A stretch of DNA of 32,038 nt, taken from a virus (taxonomy: Duplodnaviria > Heunggongvirae > Uroviricota > Caudoviricetes). Positions 8,629 through 17,931 of this stretch are shown here, piece after piece. The position numbers and the translations under genes were made by a program. The notes under the pieces are model-generated. The model did not search any database, was not told the DNA's origin, and saw nothing but the letters and a program-made list of their open reading frames with translations. Every line of letters begins with the position of its first letter. Positions within the stretch are counted from its first letter, which is position 1. Location: the IMG/VR virus record IMGVR_UViG_2778261509_000010, positions 1 through 32,038 of that record. One strand, written 5' to 3'.

Positions 8629-9168
8629 CTATGACACTGACGCAACCAGATTAACGCCGTGAGTCAGCAGATTTGTAATCACACCGGCAATGACCCCAGG
8701 AGTCCCATCTTTCACCGCACTGATCACTTTATCCCCCATCGTTTCATTTCCACCAAGCACCTCGGGTTTTTTGTTAAGAACTGTGAGCGCTTTTTCAGTA
8801 AGTCGAACATCGTAAAAATACGACTGATGGTCTGTGTTGTACTGAATGTACCCGTTTTCACAGAGAAAATTGAATGTACCTTCAACCACACTACGCAACT
8901 GATTTAACACTTTCATTTCTGGTGAGTTAAGTTGGTCAAAGTAGTCATCAGGTAGCGCGGCGTTAAATTTGTCGTAGTTAATCACCTGTGGTACGGGAAA
9001 ATTTTCCCATAGTACTGCAAAGATTTCCGCCGTTTGTTGGTTAAATAAATCGAGATTTTTCGACATGCAAAATTCCATTTCTTTTGATAATGAGTGGGTT
9101 AAACGCTGGACGAGGCAGATTACCACTCTGGCACAAAACAATGATCTTAGTTCACGCGAAGTTGACAT
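8629..9168 (-). CDS. Hypothetical cargo protein with Gly-rich hydrophobic C-terminus (start uncertain, 145-179 aa)
   Basis: ORF open from ATG at 9168; alternative ATG at 9066 (MSKNLDLF...). C-terminal GTPGVIAGVITNLLTHGVNLVASVS looks like a membrane-interacting tail. No family recognised. Confidence 0.55.
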   Translation of the reverse strand: MSTSRELRSLFCARVVICLVQRLTHSLSKEMEFCMSKNLDLFNQQTAEIFAVLWENFPVPQVINYDKFNAALPDDYFDQLNSPEMKVLNQLRSVVEGTFNFLCENGYIQYNTDHQSYFYDVRLTEKALTVLNKKPEVLGGNETMGDKVISAVKDGTPGVIAGVITNLLTHGVNLVASVS

Positions 9169-9259
9169 ATATACCGATAAGCTGGTTGCGCAGGCAACTA
9201 GCGTAGAACTCGCTCAGGTCATCAAGATGCTATTGAATTATATTCGAATGCACAAATAA
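9065..9259 (+). CDS. Possible small protein (64 aa), divergent from and overlapping the minus-strand cargo ORF
   Basis: ATG-initiated ORF; a plus-strand intrinsic terminator lies downstream at 9399-9425; no obvious Shine-Dalgarno. Conflicts with the 5' extension of the 8629-9168 ORF. Confidence 0.25.
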   Translation: MQNSISFDNEWVKRWTRQITTLAQNNDLSSREVDIYTDKLVAQATSVELAQVIKMLLNYIRMHK

Positions 9260-9398
9260 AATGATCTGTATCAATCTGTTAGGTGTCGTTTGTAAAAATG
9301 TGTGGACACGATTGTTCTGCTAATTGTTGTCAACATGTGCGTCAACAGTGAGATTGGTGCATTGCGCGGCCAGTGACAACTTTAAAAATTGGCCAAAA

Positions 9399-9425
9399 CC
9401 GGCACTATGAATGCCGTTTTTTTTG
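9399..9425 (+). terminator. Intrinsic terminator (plus strand)
   Basis: Stem CGGCA / TGCCG with 7-nt loop followed by T8 (9417-9424). Confidence 0.5.
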
Positions 9426-9582
9426 TGTTTTTTTCTGCGATACTCCTATTTTTAGCAGTGCATGCAATATGTGCGTGGTTTTGCATGTGCCTAAGTTGCA
9501 TGTTCTGGCTGTGCACCGTCAGGACGGACGCCCCTCAAAAGTGGTAATGCACCTGCATTAAAACCGACCTATGAAGCGGGCG

Positions 9583-9601
9583 GGCGAGGCGGGGAAAGCA
9601 C
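9583..9601. other. cos: cos-like cohesive-end sequence (GGCGAGGCGGGGAAAGCAC)
   Basis: 19-mer identical to the P2 cohesive-end sequence as I recall it; correct position between the cargo region and Q. Confidence 0.6.
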
Positions 9602-9743
9602 TGCGCGCTGGCGGTGGTGCTGATTTTATTTTTTCAGCGTCTCAGCGCGTCGTGACGGCGCTTAGTCTACCCGTTGTGGTGTTGGTGTGTCTGCGGGGTG
9701 TTTTGTGCGGTGGTGAGCGTGTGAGGGCGTGATGACGGGATGT

Positions 9744-9766
9744 AAAAAAGCCGCCCGCAGGCGGCG
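9744..9766 (-). terminator. Intrinsic terminator after Q (minus strand)
   Basis: GCCGCC-TGCG-GGCGGC hairpin followed by a T-run on the minus strand, immediately downstream of the Q stop. Confidence 0.6.
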
Positions 9767-9770
9767 ATGT

Positions 9771-10805
9771 TCAGCCGTTGTCAGTGTCCAGTGAGTAGTT
9801 TTTAAAGCGGATGACATCCTGACCGAGCCAGCCGTTTATTTCCCGAATCCTGTCCTGTAACGGGATAAGCTCATTGCGGACAAAGACCTTTGCCACTTTC
9901 TCAATATCTCCCAGCGACCCGACATTCTCCGGCTTGCCGCCCATCAACTGAAAGGGGATGCGGTGCGCGTCCAGCAGGTCAGCGGCGCTGGCTTTTTTGA
10001 TATTAAAAAAATCGTCTTTCGTCGCCACTTCACTGAGCGGGATAATTTTAATGCCGTCGGCTTTTCCCTGCGGGGCGTAGAGAAACAGATTTTTAAAGTT
10101 GTTGCGGCCTTTCGACTTAACCATGTTTTCGCGAAGCATTTCGATATCGTTGCGATCCTGCACGGCATCGGTGACGTACATGATGTATCCGGCATGTGCG
10201 CCGTTTTCGTAATACTTGCGGCGGAACAGCGTGGCCGATTCATTCAGCCAGGCAGAGTTAAGGGCGCTGAGATATTCCGGCAGGCCGTACAGCTCCTGAT
10301 TAATATCCGGCTCCAGCAGGTGAAACACGGAACCGGGCGCGAAGGCTGTCGGCTCGTTGAAGGACGGCACCCACCAGTAAACATCCTCTTCCACACCACG
10401 GCGGGTATATTTTGCCGGTGAGGTTTCCAGTCTGATGACTTTACCGGTAGTGCTGTAACGCTTTTCCAGAAACGCATTACCGAACACCAGAAAATCCAGC
10501 ACAAAGCGGCTGAAATCCTGCTGGGAAAGCCACGGATGCGGGATAAATGTCGAGGCCAGAATATTACGTTTGACGTAAATCGGTGAGCTGTGATGCACGG
10601 CAGCACGCAGGCTTTTTGCCAGACCGGTAAAGCTGACCGGTGGCTCATACCATCTGCCGTTACTGATGCACTCGACGTAATCCAGAATGTCACGGCGGTC
10701 GAGTACCGGCACCGGCTCACCAAAGGTGAATGCCTCCATTTTCGGGGCGCTGGCGGTCATTGTTTTTGCCGCAGGTTGCGGTGTTTTCCCTTTTTTCTTG
10801 CTCAT
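9771..10805 (-). CDS. Q: Portal protein (344 aa)
   Basis: Position and size; start overlaps the P stop (ATGA). Confidence 0.9.
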   Translation of the reverse strand: MSKKKGKTPQPAAKTMTASAPKMEAFTFGEPVPVLDRRDILDYVECISNGRWYEPPVSFTGLAKSLRAAVHHSSPIYVKRNILASTFIPHPWLSQQDFSRFVLDFLVFGNAFLEKRYSTTGKVIRLETSPAKYTRRGVEEDVYWWVPSFNEPTAFAPGSVFHLLEPDINQELYGLPEYLSALNSAWLNESATLFRRKYYENGAHAGYIMYVTDAVQDRNDIEMLRENMVKSKGRNNFKNLFLYAPQGKADGIKIIPLSEVATKDDFFNIKKASAADLLDAHRIPFQLMGGKPENVGSLGDIEKVAKVFVRNELIPLQDRIREINGWLGQDVIRFKNYSLDTDNG

Positions 10806-12577
10806 CAGTAAAACTCCAGAATGGTGGATGTCAGCGGGGTGCTGATACCGGCGGTGAGTGGCTCATTTAACAGGGCGTGCATGGTCGCCCAGGCGAGGTC
10901 GGCGTGGCTGGCTTCCTCGCTGCGGCTGGCCTCATAGGTGGCACTGCGTCCGCTGCTGGTCATGGTCTTGCGGATAGCCATAAACGAGCTGGTGATGTCG
11001 GTGGCGCTGACGTCATATTCCAGACAGCCACGGCGGATAACGTCTTTTGCCTTGAGCACCATTGCGGTTTTCATTTCCGGCGTGTAGCGGATATCGCGCG
11101 CGGCGGGATAGAACGAGCGCACGAGCTGGAACACGCCGACACCGAGGCCGGTGGCATCAATACCGATGTATTCGACGTTATATTTTTCGGTGAGTTTGCG
11201 GATGGATTCAGCCTGAGTGGCAAAGTCCATGCCTTTCCACTGGTGACGCTCAAGTATTCTGAATTTGCCACCGGCCACCACCGGCGGTGCCAGCACCACG
11301 CATCCGGCGCTGTCGCCACGGTGTGACGGGTCGTAACCAATCCATACCGGGCGGGAACCGAACGGATTTGCGGCAAAGGGTGCATAGTCTTCCCATTCTT
11401 CCAGCGTGTCGACCATGCAGCGTTGCAGCTCCTCGAACGGGAACACCGACGCCTTGTCGTCAACAAATTCACACATGAACAGGTTTTTAAAATCGTCGGC
11501 GCTGTTTTCGCGTTTGAGCTGCTCAATGTCGAACAGCGTGCAGCCACCTTTCAGGGCGTCCTCAATGGTGACAATCTGCCGCCACTGGCCGTCCGCACAG
11601 AGAAGACCACCGGCAAGGGCGTTATGACTGACGTCGATTTCCACGCGTTCGGCGGCGCTGGCGCGTCCCCGGTTGAACAGTTCACCTGACCAGAACGGGT
11701 AGGCGTCGTGCGCCAGCGTGGACGGGGTGGAGAAATAGGTCGAGCGCAGGTGACTCTGTGAGGCCATACCTGATGCTACCTTACGCAGTACCTGAAAATT
11801 CGGAATCCAGAAAATCTCGTCGACGTACAGGTCGCCGTTATGGCTCTGTGCGGTGTTGGAGTTGGTGCCGAGAAAAATCAGTTTTGCACCGTTATTGCCC
11901 AGGACAATCGGGTCACCGGTCAGGTCAACGTCAACCAGCCGGGCAAAGGCAATGATGTATTCGCGGAACACATACGCCTGCGTTTTACTGGCCGACAGAA
12001 AAATCTGGTTATGGCCGGTTTTCAGGGCGCGCAGCAGCGCCTCGCGGGAAAAATAAAACGTCGCGCCAATCTGGCGGGATTTCAGGATATCGCGGATGCG
12101 GTGCTCAAGCCCGGCGCGATACCAGTGCAACTGATAGTCGAAAGACTGCTCAAAGAAAATCTGCTCCAGCTTTTCGATGGCCTCGTCACTGAAAAAATTC
12201 TTTTTCGGTTTGCGACGCCCGCCTTTGTTGCGGTTAGCGACGTTCGGATTAAGGTCTGCTTCGTTGCCGGTCTGGCTGTAGCGGTTTACCCGTGCCAGTC
12301 GTTCAATCTGGCGTCCGAGCAGGTCAATTTCCTTGAAGTCACCGCCGGTTTTCTGCGGTTTGATGATGAGCTGAGTCAGCCGCGCTTCCAGACTCATTTC
12401 GACACGGCTGATGGGGGCAACGCTGTCCCAGCCGTCGCGCTGTTTCCAGCTCTGCACCGTCGGGCGTTTCATCTGCAACATGGCGGCAATCTGCGGCACG
12501 GAAAACCCCTGCCAGTACAGCAGCGCCGCCTGACGACGCGGGTCGTGTAAAAGAGTGGTGTCTGTGGTGATGGTCAT
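10805..12577 (-). CDS. P: Terminase large (ATPase) subunit (590 aa)
   Basis: ATG at 12577 (MTITTDTTLL...) with GAGGT Shine-Dalgarno; the ORF-track start at 12607 adds 10 codons. Confidence 0.9.
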   Translation of the reverse strand: MTITTDTTLLHDPRRQAALLYWQGFSVPQIAAMLQMKRPTVQSWKQRDGWDSVAPISRVEMSLEARLTQLIIKPQKTGGDFKEIDLLGRQIERLARVNRYSQTGNEADLNPNVANRNKGGRRKPKKNFFSDEAIEKLEQIFFEQSFDYQLHWYRAGLEHRIRDILKSRQIGATFYFSREALLRALKTGHNQIFLSASKTQAYVFREYIIAFARLVDVDLTGDPIVLGNNGAKLIFLGTNSNTAQSHNGDLYVDEIFWIPNFQVLRKVASGMASQSHLRSTYFSTPSTLAHDAYPFWSGELFNRGRASAAERVEIDVSHNALAGGLLCADGQWRQIVTIEDALKGGCTLFDIEQLKRENSADDFKNLFMCEFVDDKASVFPFEELQRCMVDTLEEWEDYAPFAANPFGSRPVWIGYDPSHRGDSAGCVVLAPPVVAGGKFRILERHQWKGMDFATQAESIRKLTEKYNVEYIGIDATGLGVGVFQLVRSFYPAARDIRYTPEMKTAMVLKAKDVIRRGCLEYDVSATDITSSFMAIRKTMTSSGRSATYEASRSEEASHADLAWATMHALLNEPLTAGISTPLTSTILEFY

Positions 12578-12750
12578 GAATACCTCGCCGTGATGAATAC
12601 ACGGCAAGGCTACTGAGTCGCGCCCCGCGATTCGCTAAGGTGCTGTTGTGTCAGTGATAAGCCATCCGGGACTGATGGCGGAGGATGCGCATCGTCGGGA
12701 AACTGATGCCGACATGTGACTCCTCTAATCACTATTCAGGACTCCTGACA
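12578..12750. promoter_or_regulatory. Divergent late promoter region (P leftward, O rightward)
   Basis: Non-coding region between divergent late operons; no consensus element could be pinned down by eye. Confidence 0.4.
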
Positions 12751-13605
12751 ATGGCAAAAAAAGTCTCAAAATTCTTTCGTATCGGCGTTGAGGGTGACAC
12801 CTGTGACGGGCGTGTCATCAGTGCGCAGGATATTCAGGAAATGGCCGAAACCTTTGACCCGCGAGTCTATGGTTGCCGCATTAACCTGGAACATCTGCGC
12901 GGCATCCTGCCTGACGGTATTTTTAAGCGTTATGGCGATGTGGCCGAACTGAAGGCCGAAAAGATTGACGATGATTCGGCGCTGAAAGGCAAATGGGCGC
13001 TGTTTGCGAAAATCACCCCGACCGATGACCTTATCGCGATGAACAAGGCCGCGCAGAAGGTCTACACCTCAATGGAAATTCAGCCGAACTTTGCCAACAC
13101 CGGCAAATGTTATCTGGTGGGTCTGGCCGTCACCGATGACCCGGCAAGCCTCGGCACGGAATACCTGGAATTCTGCCGCACGGCAAAACACAACCCCCTG
13201 AACCGCTTCAAATTAAGCCCTGAAAACCTGATTTCAGTGGCAACGCCTGTTGAGCTGGAATTTGAAGACCTGCCTGAAACCGTGTTCACCGCCCTGACCG
13301 AAAAGGTGAAATCCATTTTTGGCCGCAAACAGGCCAGCGATGACGCCCGTCTGAATGACGTGCATGAAGCGGTGACCGCTGTTGCTGAACATGTGCAGGA
13401 AAAGCTGAGCGCCACTGAGCAGCGACTCGCTGAGATGGAAACCGCCTTTTCCGCACTTAAGCAGGAGGTGACTGACAGGGCGGATGAAACCAGTCAGGCA
13501 TTCACCCGCCTGAAAAACAGTCTCGACAGCGCCGAAAGTCTGACCCAGCAGCGCCGCAGCAAGGCCACCGGCGGTGGCGGTGACGCCCTGATGACGAACT
13601 GCTGA
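12751..13605 (+). CDS. O: Capsid scaffolding protein (284 aa)
   Basis: ATG at 12751 (MAKKVSKFFRIGVEGD...); coiled-coil-rich C-terminal half. Confidence 0.9.
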   Translation: MAKKVSKFFRIGVEGDTCDGRVISAQDIQEMAETFDPRVYGCRINLEHLRGILPDGIFKRYGDVAELKAEKIDDDSALKGKWALFAKITPTDDLIAMNKAAQKVYTSMEIQPNFANTGKCYLVGLAVTDDPASLGTEYLEFCRTAKHNPLNRFKLSPENLISVATPVELEFEDLPETVFTALTEKVKSIFGRKQASDDARLNDVHEAVTAVAEHVQEKLSATEQRLAEMETAFSALKQEVTDRADETSQAFTRLKNSLDSAESLTQQRRSKATGGGGDALMTNC

Positions 13606-13663
13606 CCGGCGTCAGTCAGTCCGGGAAAACCTTCACGATTAACCCTTAATTTCAGGAAAAACT

Positions 13664-14737
13664 ATGCGCCAGGAAACCCGCTTTAAATTTAATGCCTACC
13701 TGTCCCGTGTTGCCGAGCTGAACGGCATCGACGCCGGTGATGTGTCGAAAAAATTCACCGTTGAACCGTCGGTCACCCAGACCCTGATGAACACCATGCA
13801 GGAGTCCTCTGACTTTCTGACCCGCATCAACATTGTGCCGGTCAGCGAAATGAAAGGGGAAAAAATTGGTATCGGTGTCACCGGCTCCATCGCCAGCACC
13901 ACCGACACCGCCGGTGGCACCGAGCGTCAGCCGAAGGACTTCTCGAAGCTGGCGTCCAGTAAGTACGAATGCGACCAGATTAACTTCGATTTTTATATTC
14001 GCTACAAAACGCTTGACCTGTGGGCGCGTTATCAGGATTTCCAGCTCCGTGTCCGTAACGCCATTATCAAACGCCAGTCCCTTGATTTAATCATGGCCGG
14101 TTTTAACGGCGTGAAGCGTGCCGAAACCTCTGACCGCAGCAGCAATCCGATGCTGCAGGATGTGGCGGTCGGCTGGCTGCAGAAATACCGCAATGAAGCC
14201 CCGGCGCGCGTGATGAGCAAGGTCACTGACGAGGAAGGGCACACCACATCTGAGGTCATCCGCGTGGGTAAGGGCGGTGATTATGCCAGCCTTGACGCAC
14301 TGGTGATGGATGCGACCAACAACCTGATTGAGCCGTGGTATCAGGAAGACCCTGACCTTGTGGTGATTGTGGGGCGTCAGCTACTGGCGGACAAGTATTT
14401 CCCCATCGTCAACAAGGAGCAGGACAACAGCGAAATGCTGGCCGCTGACGTCATCATCAGCCAGAAACGCATCGGTAACCTGCCGGCGGTACGCGTCCCG
14501 TACTTCCCGGCGGATGCGATGCTCATCACGAAGCTGGAAAACCTGTCCATCTACTACATGGATGACAGCCATCGCCGCGTGATTGTGGAAAACCCGAAAC
14601 TCGACCGCGTGGAGAACTACGAGTCAATGAACATTGATTACGTGGTGGAAGACTACGCCGCCGGTTGTCTGGTGGAAAAAATTAAGGTCGGTGATTTCTC
14701 CACACCGGCTAAAGCGACCGCAGAGCCTGGAGCGTAA
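13664..14737 (+). CDS. N: Major capsid protein (357 aa)
   Basis: Position after scaffold gene; size. Confidence 0.9.
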   Translation: MRQETRFKFNAYLSRVAELNGIDAGDVSKKFTVEPSVTQTLMNTMQESSDFLTRINIVPVSEMKGEKIGIGVTGSIASTTDTAGGTERQPKDFSKLASSKYECDQINFDFYIRYKTLDLWARYQDFQLRVRNAIIKRQSLDLIMAGFNGVKRAETSDRSSNPMLQDVAVGWLQKYRNEAPARVMSKVTDEEGHTTSEVIRVGKGGDYASLDALVMDATNNLIEPWYQEDPDLVVIVGRQLLADKYFPIVNKEQDNSEMLAADVIISQKRIGNLPAVRVPYFPADAMLITKLENLSIYYMDDSHRRVIVENPKLDRVENYESMNIDYVVEDYAAGCLVEKIKVGDFSTPAKATAEPGA

Positions 14738-14740
14738 CCG

Positions 14741-15484
14741 ATGACGAGTCCCGCACAGCGCCACATGATGCGGGTCTCGGCAGCGATGACCGCGCAGCGG
14801 GAAGCCGCCCCGCTGCGACATGCAACTGTCTATGAGCAGATGCTGGTTAAGCTCGCCGCAGACCAGCGCACACTGAAAGCGATTTATTCAAAAGAGCTGA
14901 AGGCCGCGAAAAAACGCGAACTGCTGCCGTTCTGGTTGCCGTGGGTGAACGGCGTGCTGGAGCAGGGCAAAGGTGCACAGGATGACATTCTGATGACGGT
15001 CATGCTGTGGCGTCTGGATACCGGCGATATTGCCGGTGCGCTGGAGATTGCCCGTTATGCCCTGAAGTACGGTCTGACCATGCCGGGTAAACACCGCCGC
15101 ACCCCGCCGTACATGTTCACCGAGGAGGTGGCGCTCGCGGCCATGCGTGCTCACGCTGCCGGTGAGTCTGTGGATACCCGCCTGCTGACGGAGACCCTTG
15201 AACTGACCGCCACGGCTGACATGCCTGATGAAGTGCGCGCAAAGCTGCACAAAATCACCGGTCTGTTTCTGCGTGACGCTGGTGATGCCGCCGGTGCGCT
15301 GGCTCACCTGCAACGTGCGACACAGCTCGACTGTCAGGCAGGCGTCAAAAAAGAGATTGAACGACTGGAGCGGGAACTGAAACCGAAGCCGGAGCCGCAG
15401 CCAAAAGCGGCCACCCGCGCCCCGCGTAAGACCCGGAGTGCGATACCGGCAAAACGTGGACGCCCGAAAAAGAAAGCCAGTTAA
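14741..15484 (+). CDS. M: Terminase small (endonuclease) subunit (247 aa)
   Basis: Position and size; basic C-terminal tail (RAPRKTRSAIPAKRGRPKKKAS). Confidence 0.85.
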   Translation: MTSPAQRHMMRVSAAMTAQREAAPLRHATVYEQMLVKLAADQRTLKAIYSKELKAAKKRELLPFWLPWVNGVLEQGKGAQDDILMTVMLWRLDTGDIAGALEIARYALKYGLTMPGKHRRTPPYMFTEEVALAAMRAHAAGESVDTRLLTETLELTATADMPDEVRAKLHKITGLFLRDAGDAAGALAHLQRATQLDCQAGVKKEIERLERELKPKPEPQPKAATRAPRKTRSAIPAKRGRPKKKAS

Positions 15485-15583
15485 CAACCGAATGCGCCCC
15501 GCGCCAGGGCGGCACGCCGGTCAGTGAGGGTGAATCACCTGACACTGCACCGGCGTCCACCGCCCGACTTTTCTGAGGTAGTC

Positions 15584-16093
15584 ATGATGACGCTGATTAT
15601 TCCGCGAAAGGAGGCTCCCGTGTCCGGTGAGGGTACGGTGGTCATCCCGCAACCGGCAGGCGACGAGCCGGTGATTAAAAACACGTTCTTTTTTCCCGAT
15701 ATCGACCCGAAGCGCGTCCGGGAACGTATGCGTCTTGAGCAGACCGTCGCCCCCGCCCGTCTGCGTGAGGCCATCAAGTCAGGCATGGCGGAGACGAATG
15801 CGGAGCTGTACGAGTACCGCGAACAGAAAATTGCTGCCGGTTTTACGCGTCTGGCGGACGTCCCGGCGGACGACATCGACGGTGAAAGCATCAAAGTTTT
15901 TTACTACGAGCGCGCCGTGTGTGCGATGGCGACCGCATCGCTTTATGAGCGTTATCGCGGCGTGGATGCCAGTGCGAAAGGCGACAAGAAGGCCGACAGC
16001 ATTGACAGCACCATTGATGAGCTGTGGCGGGATATGCGCTGGGCGGTGGCACGTATCCAGGACAAGCCGCGCTGCATCGTGAGTCAAATCTGA
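15584..16093 (+). CDS. L: Head completion / stabilisation protein (169 aa)
   Basis: ATG at 15584 (MMTLIIPRKEAP...); upstream part of the ORF-track call is unlikely to be translated. Confidence 0.8.
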   Translation: MMTLIIPRKEAPVSGEGTVVIPQPAGDEPVIKNTFFFPDIDPKRVRERMRLEQTVAPARLREAIKSGMAETNAELYEYREQKIAAGFTRLADVPADDIDGESIKVFYYERAVCAMATASLYERYRGVDASAKGDKKADSIDSTIDELWRDMRWAVARIQDKPRCIVSQI

Positions 16094-16296
16094 TGAAGAC
16101 CTTTGCGCTACAGGGCGACACGCTCGACGCCATTTGTGTCCGGTATTACGGGCGCACTGAGGGCGTGGTTGAGACCGTGCTCGCCGCAAATCCGGGACTG
16201 GCTGAACTGGGTGTGGTGCTGCCACACGGCACCGCCGTCGAACTGCCCGATGTTCAGACCGCGCCCGTGGCTGAAACTGTCAATCTGTGGGAGTAA
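16093..16296 (+). CDS. X: Tail protein X (67 aa)
   Basis: ATG at 16093 (MKTFALQGDTLDAICVRYYGRT...) overlapping the L stop. Confidence 0.8.
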   Translation: MKTFALQGDTLDAICVRYYGRTEGVVETVLAANPGLAELGVVLPHGTAVELPDVQTAPVAETVNLWE

Positions 16297-16299
16297 CGC

Positions 16300-16581
16300 A
16301 TGACAGCAGAAGAAAAAAGCGTCCTGTCGCTTTTCATGATTGGGGTGCTGATTGTTGTCGGCAAGGTGCTTGCCGGTGGTGAACCCATCACCCCGCGTCT
16401 GTTTATCGGGCGCATGTTGCTCGGTGGTTTTGTCTCGATGGTTGCCGGTGTTGTTCTGGTGCAGTTTCCTGACCTGTCACTGCCTGCGGTGTGCGGTATT
16501 GGCTCCATGCTGGGTATCGCCGGTTATCAGGTGATTGAGATTGCCATTCAGCGCCGTTTTAAGGGCAGGGGGAAACAGTAA
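16300..16581 (+). CDS. Y: Holin (93 aa)
   Basis: Small protein with hydrophobic segments, immediately upstream of the endolysin. Confidence 0.85.
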   Translation: MTAEEKSVLSLFMIGVLIVVGKVLAGGEPITPRLFIGRMLLGGFVSMVAGVVLVQFPDLSLPAVCGIGSMLGIAGYQVIEIAIQRRFKGRGKQ

Positions 16582-17078
16582 TGCCGGTAATTAACACGCA
16601 TCAGAATATCGCGGCCTTTCTCGACATGCTGGCCGTGTCCGAAGGGACGGCGAATCATCCGCTGACGAAAAACCGGGGCTATGACGTGATAGTCACCGGA
16701 CTGGACGGGAAGCCGGAAATTTTCACTGACTACAGTGACCACCCGTTCGCGCATGGCCGACCGGCGAAGGTGTTTAACCGTCGCGGTGAAAAATCCACGG
16801 CCTCCGGTCGCTATCAGCAGCTTTACCTGTTCTGGCCGCACTACCGCAAACAGCTTGCCCTGCCGGATTTCAGTCCGTTGTCGCAGGACAGACTCGCCAT
16901 TCAGTTGATCCGCGAACGCGGTGCACTGGATGACATCCGGGCGGGACGCATTGAGCGCGCCATTTCACGCTGTCGCAATATCTGGGCGTCCCTGCCGGGT
17001 GCCGGTTACGGTCAGCGTGAGCATTCACTGGAAAAACTGGTCACCGTCTGGCGTACCGCCGGCGGTGTACCAGCTTAA
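16581..17078 (+). CDS. K: Endolysin (165 aa)
   Basis: Position in lysis cassette between holin and lysA; size. Confidence 0.85.
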   Translation: MPVINTHQNIAAFLDMLAVSEGTANHPLTKNRGYDVIVTGLDGKPEIFTDYSDHPFAHGRPAKVFNRRGEKSTASGRYQQLYLFWPHYRKQLALPDFSPLSQDRLAIQLIRERGALDDIRAGRIERAISRCRNIWASLPGAGYGQREHSLEKLVTVWRTAGGVPA

Positions 17079-17092
17079 ACGGAGTAAACACC

Positions 17093-17518
17093 ATGAAGAA
17101 ATTATCCCTTTCACTGATGCTGAATGTGTCGCTGGCGCTGATGCTGGCACTGTCCCTGATTTACCCGCAGAGCGTGGCCGTCAATTTTGTCGCCGCCTGG
17201 GCGATTCTGGCGACGGTTATCTGTGTGGTTGCCGGTGGTGTCGGCGTGTATGCCACTGAGTATGTGCTGGAACGCTACGGGCGGGAGCTGCCGCCGGAAT
17301 CGCTGGCCGTGAAGATTGTCACGTCGCTGTTTTTGCAGCCGGTGCCGTGGCGCAGACGGGCGGCGGCTCTGGTAGTGATGGTGGCGACGTTTATCTCGCT
17401 GGTCGCTGCCGGGTGGATTTTTACCGCGCTGATTTATCTTGTGGCGTCGCTGTTTTTCCGGCTGATACGTAAAGCCTGTCGTCAGCGTCTTGAGGGGCGG
17501 GAACTATGTCAAAGCTGA
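17093..17518 (+). CDS. lysA: LysA, membrane lysis-timing protein (141 aa)
   Basis: Four hydrophobic segments; follows the endolysin with a GGAG Shine-Dalgarno. Confidence 0.8.
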   Translation: MKKLSLSLMLNVSLALMLALSLIYPQSVAVNFVAAWAILATVICVVAGGVGVYATEYVLERYGRELPPESLAVKIVTSLFLQPVPWRRRAAALVVMVATFISLVAAGWIFTALIYLVASLFFRLIRKACRQRLEGRELCQS

Positions 17519-17931
17519 TGATTGTGCTGGTCGTGTTGTTATCGCTGGCGGTGACCGGTCTGTTTCTGGTGAAACACAAAAATGCCAGCCTGCGCGCCTC
17601 GCTGGACAGGGCGAATAACGTCGCCAGTGAACAGCAGACGACCATCACCATGCTGAAAAATCAGCTTCATGTTGCCCTCACCAGGGCAGACAAAAACGAG
17701 CTGGCGCAGGTGGCACTGCGTCAGGAACTGGAGAACGCGGCGAAGCGTGAAGCACAGCGCGAGAAAACCATCACGAGGTTACTGAATGAAAACGAAGATT
17801 TTCGCCGCTGGTACGGCGCTGGCCTGCCTGATGCTGTGCGCCGGTTGCACCAGCGCCCGGCCTGCACCGACGCCAGTGATTGTTGCCAACGCCTGCCCGA
17901 AAGTGAGCCTTTGCCCGATGCCGGGCAGTGA
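17506..17931 (+). CDS. lysB: LysB, Rz-like i-spanin (141 aa)
   Basis: N-terminal TM segment followed by a charged coiled-coil region. Confidence 0.8.
   Translation: MSKLMIVLVVLLSLAVTGLFLVKHKNASLRASLDRANNVASEQQTTITMLKNQLHVALTRADKNELAQVALRQELENAAKREAQREKTITRLLNENEDFRRWYGAGLPDAVRRLHQRPACTDASDCCQRLPESEPLPDAGQ

Noticed and set aside
9944-10723. Several antisense or overlapping ORFs (for example 9963-10421 plus, 10244-10723 minus, 9944-10243 minus) inside the portal gene
   Set aside because: They lie within or opposite a well-supported structural gene in GC-rich sequence where long spurious ORFs are expected; no Shine-Dalgarno or independent support.
10877-12602. Cluster of 60-236 aa ORFs on both strands within the terminase large-subunit gene (for example 11840-12550 plus, 11071-11547 minus)
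   Set aside because: Overlap the conserved terminase frame; compositional artefacts of high GC content.
12685-12750. 5' extension of the scaffold gene O from the ORF-track start at 12685
   Set aside because: The internal ATG at 12751 gives a typical N-terminus and expected length; the extension would run into the divergent promoter region.
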